From: a virus
DNA: 64,000 nucleotides
Direction: 5' to 3' (one strand)
Virus record (IMG/VR): IMGVR_UViG_3300027963_000071
Location: 2,909-66,908 of that record
The translations under genes and the position numbers were made by a program. The notes below the pieces were generated by a model. That model worked only from the letters and a program-made list of their open reading frames with translations, ran no database searches and was not told the origin of the DNA. This document shows, piece after piece, positions 56,941-64,000 of the stretch. Each line of letters begins with the position of its first letter. The first letter of the stretch is position 1.

Positions 56941-57526
56941 AGTCTTTTATAGCGGAGCAGAAAACCTACGATCAAAATGTGTAGTAGGTTTAGATCGTGA
57001 CGGAGTCTTGAATAGAGACCTCGGAACATATTGTTTCCGTCCAGAGGATCTAGATCCTATACCCGGAAGTATGGATGCTGTGGCAAGCCTTAGACGTAAA
57101 GGTTACAAGATAGTAATTATTACAGATCAAGGCGGCATTGAAAAAGGTCTGTTCACACAAGAGGATGTAGACAATACCAACATGCGTCTAATGGAACTGT
57201 TAGGACAGGTAGGCTGTTTGTCCATTGATGCTCTATACTATTCAGCCAGCAGTGACAAGCGAGATCCGTTTGCCAAACCCAATACAGGCATGTTCAAACG
57301 CTGTGAAAAAGAACATAAAGATATCAAGTTTAAAGAAGGTTACTATGTGGGTGACAAGATCAAAGATCTCAAAGCCGCTGTAAATGCAGGAGCCAAACCC
57401 GTATTGGTGCGTACAGGCTACGGATTAGAAACCGAAAAAGAATTGAACAAGTGGACCTATCGTGAACTTAAACGTAGGACTATTATATTTGATGACTTGG
57501 CAGCATTTGTCGACACCCTAGCATGA
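56906..57526 (+). CDS. gmhB: D,D-heptose 1,7-bisphosphate phosphatase (HAD-IIIA)
   Basis: LDRDGVLN, KPNTGM, VGDK..D..A, LVRTGYG. Confidence 0.85.
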   Translation: MQPPQNQSQTPRVFYSGAENLRSKCVVGLDRDGVLNRDLGTYCFRPEDLDPIPGSMDAVASLRRKGYKIVIITDQGGIEKGLFTQEDVDNTNMRLMELLGQVGCLSIDALYYSASSDKRDPFAKPNTGMFKRCEKEHKDIKFKEGYYVGDKIKDLKAAVNAGAKPVLVRTGYGLETEKELNKWTYRELKRRTIIFDDLAAFVDTLA

Positions 57527-57924
57527 AACGAATTGTAGTCAACGGTACCTTTGATATACTACACAGAGGACATATAGAATTACTAAACTATGCAAAAGGT
57601 TTAGGGGATTATCTATTGGTCTGTATAGATAGTGATGCACTGGTCAGCTATAAAAAAGGACAGGATAGGCCCATCAATAATCAATGGGAAAGAATGTTGC
57701 TGTTAAAGAATCTCAAAGCAGTTGACGATGTTTGGATTTTTAACAGCGATATAGAACTAGAAGATCAGTTATGCGAATACAAGCCAAACATCATGGTCAA
57801 AGGCAGCGACTATAGAAACAAGCCCATAGTAGGTGCTGAGTTCTGTATCGAAATTAATTTTTTTGAAAGACTATATGAATACTCAACAACAAAAACAATT
57901 CAAGATATTATTGATAGGGGATGA
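57523..57924 (+). CDS. Heptose-1-phosphate adenylyltransferase (RfaE domain II, HldC-like)
   Basis: NGTFDILHRGH, KGQDRPIN, VKGSDY, STT. Confidence 0.85.
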   Translation: MKRIVVNGTFDILHRGHIELLNYAKGLGDYLLVCIDSDALVSYKKGQDRPINNQWERMLLLKNLKAVDDVWIFNSDIELEDQLCEYKPNIMVKGSDYRNKPIVGAEFCIEINFFERLYEYSTTKTIQDIIDRG

Positions 57925-58639
57925 TTGCATGGATGTGTACCAATACGGTACAGTCGATCGCATCAGTCCAGAGGCTCCTGTACCGGTATTCAAATACAGT
58001 CATCGTCATGAGCGTGGAGGCATGGCTCGAAATGTAAAAGCCAACCTAGAAGAACTAGGATGCAGTGTTGCTTACCTTTGTGGAACAACCAGCGTTAAGA
58101 CAAGACTAATTGATATCCGTAGCAAACAACAGATAGTTAGGATCGACAATGATAACAGAAGCCAGCCATTGTTATTTCCAGACATCGAACACGATCTTAA
58201 TGACTTTGATGCTATTGTGATCAGCGACTACGATAAGGGTTATGTCAACTACGATTTGATTCGCATACTGACAGAAGAGTTCATAGGACCTATCTTTGTT
58301 GATACAAAGAAAACTGACATGCTACAATTAGAAACCTGTATCATTAAAATCAATGCACAGGAGTACAGTAGGTTAACCAGCTTTCCAAGCGAGTACACTG
58401 ATGTTATTGTTACACACGGAGACAAGGGTGCAACGTGGAAGGACAAAAAGTTTCCAGCTAAACCTGTAGAAGTTGCAGATGTATGCGGTGCTGGTGATAC
58501 ATTCCTTGCTGCCTTGTGCTTTCAGCACTTGAACACTAGTGGCGATATGGAACAGTCTATACAGTTTGCCATACAGGCAAGCTCGGTAACTGTACAACAC
58601 CTAGGAGTGTATGCTCCTACCTTAGAGGAAATGGGATGA
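57875..58639 (+). CDS. Heptose-7-phosphate kinase (RfaE domain I, HldA-like, PfkB family)
   Basis: RISPEAPVPV, SDYDKG, DVCGAGDTF. Confidence 0.88.
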   Translation: MNTQQQKQFKILLIGDDCMDVYQYGTVDRISPEAPVPVFKYSHRHERGGMARNVKANLEELGCSVAYLCGTTSVKTRLIDIRSKQQIVRIDNDNRSQPLLFPDIEHDLNDFDAIVISDYDKGYVNYDLIRILTEEFIGPIFVDTKKTDMLQLETCIIKINAQEYSRLTSFPSEYTDVIVTHGDKGATWKDKKFPAKPVEVADVCGAGDTFLAALCFQHLNTSGDMEQSIQFAIQASSVTVQHLGVYAPTLEEMG

Positions 58640-59502
58640 TTGCTTTAACAGGCGCAGGCGGCTTTATCGGCAGCGTGGTATTAGGATATTTAAACAGTCA
58701 AGGTATTGACGATATAGTATTGTTTGATGATTTGCCCACAGGCTCACAGTATAAAAATCTCGTTGGTAAACAATATATTTCTTTACACTCAACAGAAGAG
58801 ATATTCCAAGATCCTAAAGACCTTACCTGCGTAATACATATAGGTGCAGACTCAAGCACACTTACTACTGATTGGGCAAGCCTGTATAAAACCAACGTGC
58901 TTTCTACTCGACGTTGGAATCAATTCTGTACAGACAATAATATTCCTTTTATCTTTACTTCCAGCGCAGCAGTTTATGGTAACGGCAATGGTCCGTTAAA
59001 TCATTATGCATTCAGCAAACAGGTTAGTGAAAGTGAAATACAAGGAGTTGTTCTTAGATTGTTCAATGTGTATGGGCCGAATGAATACCACAAAGGGCGA
59101 ATGGCCAGTACAGTGTATCATTGGTACCAACAGTTAAAAGAAAATAATACCCTTAAGGTATTTGAAAACAGCAATGGTTATCGTAGAGATTTTATTTGGG
59201 TTGAAGATGTTGCTCGAGTAATACATCACTTTGTCAACAACTATCATCCGGGAATATATGATGTAGGCACAGGAGAAAGTGTGTCATTTGAAATCATTGC
59301 CAATTGTGTAATCAACGAGTTTGGCAGCGGAACTAAAGAGTACATCCCTATGCCAGAGGATTTAAAAGCACAGTATCAATTAGATACCCGAGCAGATACC
59401 GCAAGTTTATCAGCAGCCGGCTTTGATACCACTCAACTGTTTGAACCTTGGCAGGGTATTAAAGAATATGTCAAGTATCTAAAGACTAATCAAACTTACT
59501 AA
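58636..59502 (+). CDS. hldD: ADP-L-glycero-D-manno-heptose 6-epimerase
   Basis: [44 protein letters not shown]. Confidence 0.88.
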   Translation: MIALTGAGGFIGSVVLGYLNSQGIDDIVLFDDLPTGSQYKNLVGKQYISLHSTEEIFQDPKDLTCVIHIGADSSTLTTDWASLYKTNVLSTRRWNQFCTDNNIPFIFTSSAAVYGNGNGPLNHYAFSKQVSESEIQGVVLRLFNVYGPNEYHKGRMASTVYHWYQQLKENNTLKVFENSNGYRRDFIWVEDVARVIHHFVNNYHPGIYDVGTGESVSFEIIANCVINEFGSGTKEYIPMPEDLKAQYQLDTRADTASLSAAGFDTTQLFEPWQGIKEYVKYLKTNQTY

Positions 59503-60688
59503 ACGTAGCAGTCAGAGCAGAGATCAAATCTTCAATCATTCCATCATCGTGAAACGGAGTAGGTGCTAGTCGCAATCGTTCTGTTCCCACAGCAACAGTA
59601 GGTGAATTGATAGGTTGAATGTAAATGTTATGTTCATTCAACAGTTCATCGCTGATAGCTTTACATTTCTTAGCTTCACCAACTAGAATAGGTACAATGT
59701 GTGTTGTTGAACATTCCATAACAGGTAGTCCTGCAACAGTTAATCTATGCTTGAGCTTACGAGCACGTTCTTGGTGCTTGTCACGCACTTCATTATGATC
59801 TTTAAGATACTTGACGGCCGCAAGTGCGCCTGCACAACTAACTGGACTCATGCTTGTGGTGAATATAAAACCCGCAGCTACTGAACGGATGGCATCGATG
59901 ACCTCAACATCGGCAGCAATATAGCCACCTTGGACTCCATAGGCTTTCCCTAATGTACCATTGACTATGTCAATACGGGATTGTAGCCCAAGCTCTTCGA
60001 CCTTCCCACCACCGTGGGGACCATAGAGTCCTACCGCATGTACTTCATCGATATATGTAATGGCATCATACTTATCGGCCAGGTCACAAATCTCTTTGAT
60101 ATGCCCTACATCGCCATCCATTGAGTAGACTGATTCAAACACAACGCAAGGAACATTGCCTGTTAATCTTACTGCGGCAAGAGCATCTTCTAGTTGTTGT
60201 AGATTGTTATGTTCAAATATTGTTTTGGGTGCTTTGCTGTGGATCATGCCTACAACAAGACTGTTGTGATTTTCGCTGTCGCTGACAAAATGTATGTTTG
60301 GAATGATCTTGCTCAGAGCGATAAGCGTCCATTCGTTAGCTACATAAGCTGATGAAAATAACAGGGCTTTGGCTTTGTTATGTAGGGTTGCAAGTTCATG
60401 TTCTAGGGCCACATGATAGTGACTGGTGCCACCGATATTGCGAGTACCACCAGATCCTGCGCCTGTCATGTCTAGGGCTGTATGCATGGCATCTAGCACA
60501 ACCTTGTGCTGCCCCATGCCCAAATAGTCGTTTGAACACCAGTTTACAATGTTTTTAATATTGTACGGGCCGTACCAAATAGCTTCTGGAAACTTGCCGC
60601 TTTCTCGTAGGATATCGTTAAAAACACGATATTTGCCGTTGTCTTTGAGTGTTTTAAGTAGGGTGTTAAATGGTTTTTTGTCTATCAT
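59486..60688 (-). CDS. hemA: 5-aminolevulinate synthase
   Basis: [55 protein letters not shown]. Confidence 0.92.
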   Translation of the reverse strand: MIDKKPFNTLLKTLKDNGKYRVFNDILRESGKFPEAIWYGPYNIKNIVNWCSNDYLGMGQHKVVLDAMHTALDMTGAGSGGTRNIGGTSHYHVALEHELATLHNKAKALLFSSAYVANEWTLIALSKIIPNIHFVSDSENHNSLVVGMIHSKAPKTIFEHNNLQQLEDALAAVRLTGNVPCVVFESVYSMDGDVGHIKEICDLADKYDAITYIDEVHAVGLYGPHGGGKVEELGLQSRIDIVNGTLGKAYGVQGGYIAADVEVIDAIRSVAAGFIFTTSMSPVSCAGALAAVKYLKDHNEVRDKHQERARKLKHRLTVAGLPVMECSTTHIVPILVGEAKKCKAISDELLNEHNIYIQPINSPTVAVGTERLRLAPTPFHDDGMIEDLISALTATFSKFD

Positions 60689-60714
60689 AGTAATGTTATT
60701 TAACCGATAAATAT

Positions 60715-60957
60715 ATGACTATGGATATAATCAAACTGGACGTGCCCCTTTTTATTCGCCTGCTAGAACTGGCCCGCGAAGAAATCAAAGACGATGCTGA
60801 CATCCACGATGTTGCAGAAATTGTAACGAAACTCAGTCAACATGGTGTTGTCGGCATGGACAAATACAACGAAATCGTCCGCTTTATGAGCAAACAGGGC
60901 GACGATTCGGAGTTAGAAAGAATACGCAAACTTAGTGGAATGAACAACAATGACTAA
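60715..60957 (+). CDS. Hypothetical protein
   Basis: [15 protein letters not shown]; GATAAATA upstream. Confidence 0.6.
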   Translation: MTMDIIKLDVPLFIRLLELAREEIKDDADIHDVAEIVTKLSQHGVVGMDKYNEIVRFMSKQGDDSELERIRKLSGMNNND

Positions 60958-63900
60958 ACAGACAATCAATACTGGTGCAACACCCAACGACGAACAGGGC
61001 GACAGTTTACGAGGTGCATTTACAAAAATCAATGAAAACTTTACTGAACTGTACACTGCATTGGGAATAAATGCAGACGTTAATTTAAATCTCGGTGCGT
61101 TTGAATTCAACGGCAGTATAATGACTACTACTGATAGTTCAGCTATTGTGATTGATCAGGCAACTACTATTACCAGCAACCTGTCAGTGGGTGGAGACGT
61201 TTTGCCCAGTGTGGCTCTTGGTGGTGATCTAGGCTCATCTGCTAGACCTTGGCGCAGCCTGTATGTGAGCAACAACACAATTTTCTTGGGTGGCACAGCA
61301 TTATCTGTAAACGGTGCAGGTAATCTATTGGTCAACGGCAGTTTAATAACAAGTAGTTATGCTGACTTGTCAGGTAAACCCGCATTAACCGCTGTGGCTA
61401 CCACAGGTGCCTATGCTGACCTAACTGGCAAGCCAACTATCCCTACCAGTTTTAGCAGTTTAGTCAACAGCACACAAACTGTGAGCCTTAGTTCTAGTGG
61501 CGTCTTAACATTGCCGTCAGGACTCACCTTTCGGAAAAATGGCACGCCTTACTCTACTATAACCGCTGATCTTAACAAAGTGTTGCAAATTGAAACACAA
61601 ACTTCTGATGGTGTTAAACAGTGGAGTCTTGGCACAGATGGTAGCTTGACATTCCCCAATGCCACGGTACAGACCACAGCATGGACTGGCAGTGTAAGTA
61701 GTTTGGTCAACGGTACAAAGACAGTGAGCCTTAGCTCGGATGGCACATTGACGCTACCAGCACAGTCAGCTACACTGACCAATGTGAATCAAATTGTCTC
61801 AGCTAAAATCTATCGAGCTGGTGCCAGCACAGATACAGCCACAATACAAACTGCTCTAGAAACTTGGTTGGGGGCTGAGCAGACGTGGATAGATATACGT
61901 ACTGAAGATGCAATAACAAATGCTCCGAGAACAAGACCGTGGGCAGGCATGCCCAGCTACACAGCATATCCATTAGTGGTGGGTTATCAGCCAACTGGCG
62001 GACAATTACCACCGTTAGGGGCTATGGCTCCCACAGCCAAGACCGCAAGCGATCTTTACCTAGCATACAAAGAACTGCAACGCAACATTGACATTGTGGC
62101 AGGCGCCAACACATTCAGTTTTGAGAACACTGGCGCCTTGAGAGTTCCAGGTGTAATCACCAAAAACAATAATCTCCAATTGGTCAGTGTAGGCACAACC
62201 GTCTATCAAGGGTTATCTGATCAAGGATTATCTGTAGAAGTTCGAAACGATCTAACAGCGGCAGTTGTTGCTGACGGAGAGAATGGCAGAGTGTTCGTAA
62301 GAACAGATGATGGAACAACATTACGCACTTGGCAGTTTGATAAAAATGGTAGCTTGACATTCCCCAACAACACAGTACAAACCACAGCCTGGCTTGGCAG
62401 TGTAAGCAGTTTGGTCAACGGCGCAAAAACTGTTAGCCTTGGATCTGATGGCAGTTTAACTGTAGCAGGACCAATTATACTATCAAACAATGGTGAACTA
62501 CGACAAAGTACCACTGCCTATGACGCAGCATTGGCTGTATGGGAAAGTATTCGCGGCGGAGAGATTGCAAGTAGGATTGCTAACGGTCAGGCACTTGTTC
62601 AATATTACCCAATGGTCAACTGGTATCCAACTGGCGCCACTGCTCAAGGCTATATTGACTTCTTGCTAAATGCTTGGACCTTACAAAGTACTCCTGGTGC
62701 AACATTGATTATTCAGCCACCAATGACGTCATCATTCTATGCTCAATTAAGAGCTGTTCTAACTCTTATTCGTGATAGTTATAACGCTAGTACTAAGGCA
62801 GTTTCACTTTCTTCAGCGTACGGTCAGTCTTGGAACTTTGGCACAGATGGCAGTCTAACACTCCCAGGTGATATCCGCAGCGACAGCAACATCAACATTG
62901 ACATCAACCTCGGAGATTCAACTCTGCGCAGATGGCAGTTCGGTGAAGATGGTATATTGACATTACCTAGTGTAGGTAAGATTAATAATGGTGCGTATGA
63001 CTGGACATTTGGATCAACTGGCAACACCACATTTCCAACAGGACTTACGCTAGGGGCACCGAGAGGTGTTGGCACAGTTAACTTTACTGCTGCTGTTGAC
63101 AAAGAGTTTCAGATTGAAACAGGAACTGCCACCAGTGGTAAACTATGGCAGTTTGGTACAGATGGTAGCCTAACACTACCAGGTGATATCAAGAGCAACG
63201 GCAACATCAACATTGACATCAACTTGGCAGATTCAACACTGCGTAGATGGCAGTTTGGTGAAGATGGCAATCTAACATTCCCAGATGGCACTAATCAAGC
63301 CACAGCCTTTCCCGGCGTTTATGCTCAAAGTGGTGCTACTAGTGCTTATGCAACTAAAAGAATTTTACAGTATAATCCGTCAACCAACGTTGTCACCTAT
63401 AGTAACTATATAGATGCGGCAAGCATATACATCACAGGATACAGTTCAGAAATTCACGTTAGTCCTGTTGCGGTTGATGACACTGGCAACGGAACCATTG
63501 GTGATCCAGTTAAAACCATTGCTCGTGCCAAGGTACTCTTAGCCGCGGCATTTGAAACAACAGGTGCTGGCCAAAGAAAGACAATTATCTTACATCCGGG
63601 CAGTTATACAGAAGATGTAACAATTGATACTCAGTACACTGTTTTAACCACACACGAGTTGGTGGGTAAAAGTACAACACTGAGTGGTACATTGACTCTT
63701 ACAACAGGATGTACCATTGATGGTTTAAAGATGACCAATCTTGTTATTTCAGGATCATCAGCAGGAGGTTCGATTGATATTATTGGTTGTACAGTAACAA
63801 CAGCAACTACAAAAACATCAACAGCATATACAAATTTTAGAGGGTGTGATTTATCTTCATCCACAATGAGCATCACTGGTGGCGGCACAACAATACTAAG

Positions 63901-64000
63901 TGGTGGTAATTATTTTACACTTACAGTGAACAATGCGGCCGCTGGAGTTTTAGCCAAAGCAGTTATTAGTATGGGTCCGGTGACACTGACACTAGGAACG
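60950..64000 (+). CDS. Long baseplate-attached tail fibre/spike protein, 3'-truncated, not in the ORF track
   Basis: [35 protein letters not shown] (T4 gp9/gp10-like N-terminal motif); repeated W.FG.DG.LT.P modules; same frame reads ...VISMGPVTLTLGT at the window end. Confidence 0.8.
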   Translation, partial: MTKQTINTGATPNDEQGDSLRGAFTKINENFTELYTALGINADVNLNLGAFEFNGSIMTTTDSSAIVIDQATTITSNLSVGGDVLPSVALGGDLGSSARPWRSLYVSNNTIFLGGTALSVNGAGNLLVNGSLITSSYADLSGKPALTAVATTGAYADLTGKPTIPTSFSSLVNSTQTVSLSSSGVLTLPSGLTFRKNGTPYSTITADLNKVLQIETQTSDGVKQWSLGTDGSLTFPNATVQTTAWTGSVSSLVNGTKTVSLSSDGTLTLPAQSATLTNVNQIVSAKIYRAGASTDTATIQTALETWLGAEQTWIDIRTEDAITNAPRTRPWAGMPSYTAYPLVVGYQPTGGQLPPLGAMAPTAKTASDLYLAYKELQRNIDIVAGANTFSFENTGALRVPGVITKNNNLQLVSVGTTVYQGLSDQGLSVEVRNDLTAAVVADGENGRVFVRTDDGTTLRTWQFDKNGSLTFPNNTVQTTAWLGSVSSLVNGAKTVSLGSDGSLTVAGPIILSNNGELRQSTTAYDAALAVWESIRGGEIASRIANGQALVQYYPMVNWYPTGATAQGYIDFLLNAWTLQSTPGATLIIQPPMTSSFYAQLRAVLTLIRDSYNASTKAVSLSSAYGQSWNFGTDGSLTLPGDIRSDSNINIDINLGDSTLRRWQFGEDGILTLPSVGKINNGAYDWTFGSTGNTTFPTGLTLGAPRGVGTVNFTAAVDKEFQIETGTATSGKLWQFGTDGSLTLPGDIKSNGNINIDINLADSTLRRWQFGEDGNLTFPDGTNQATAFPGVYAQSGATSAYATKRILQYNPSTNVVTYSNYIDAASIYITGYSSEIHVSPVAVDDTGNGTIGDPVKTIARAKVLLAAAFETTGAGQRKTIILHPGSYTEDVTIDTQYTVLTTHELVGKSTTLSGTLTLTTGCTIDGLKMTNLVISGSSAGGSIDIIGCTVTTATTKTSTAYTNFRGCDLSSSTMSITGGGTTILSGGNYFTLTVNNAAAGVLAKAVISMGPVTLTLGT

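Noticed and set aside
61620-63280. Tail-fibre repeats as a DGR template/variable pair
   Set aside because: Differences are not adenine-specific, both copies are in frame in one gene, and no reverse transcriptase is in the window
61549-63888. Minus-strand ORFs in the track near the right end
   Set aside because: Shadows of the long + strand fibre gene, which the track missed because it has no stop in the window
1-64000. Stop-codon reassignment
   Set aside because: Conserved genes are full length and tightly coupled in the standard code, and TAA, TAG and TGA all terminate genes

Overview
A 64-kb segment of a large T4-like (myovirus/jumbo-type) dsDNA phage genome, standard genetic code. ALA synthase and a GcrA-like gene suggest an alphaproteobacterial host (inference). 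Layout: 1-8.5 kb, glycosyltransferase/methyltransferase cluster. 8.6-20 kb, replication module (UvsW-like helicase, miniature DnaE-like polymerase domain, primase, half carbamoyltransferase, 2OG oxygenase, gp41/DnaB helicase). 20-25 kb, nucleotidyltransferase, oxygenase and SGNH-like paralogs. About 25-44.4 kb, a visibly more GC-rich early region of small minus-strand genes with about 23 sigma70-type promoters, two families of palindromic operator, MoxR/VWA genes, a structured ncRNA and tRNA-Ile2. 44.4-54 kb, structural genes, oxygenases, DNA ligase and nucleases. 54-61 kb, ClpP, an ADP-heptose operon and ALA synthase. From 60950, a long tail-fibre/baseplate gene running off the window. The most striking signal is a ~1.29-kb island (30050-31336) in which the + strand contains no GA or GG dinucleotide, so its five proteins contain no proline. 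The early region is also bracketed by inverted, identically spaced GAA-triloop hairpin elements. Product calls come from motif recognition by eye, not database searches.
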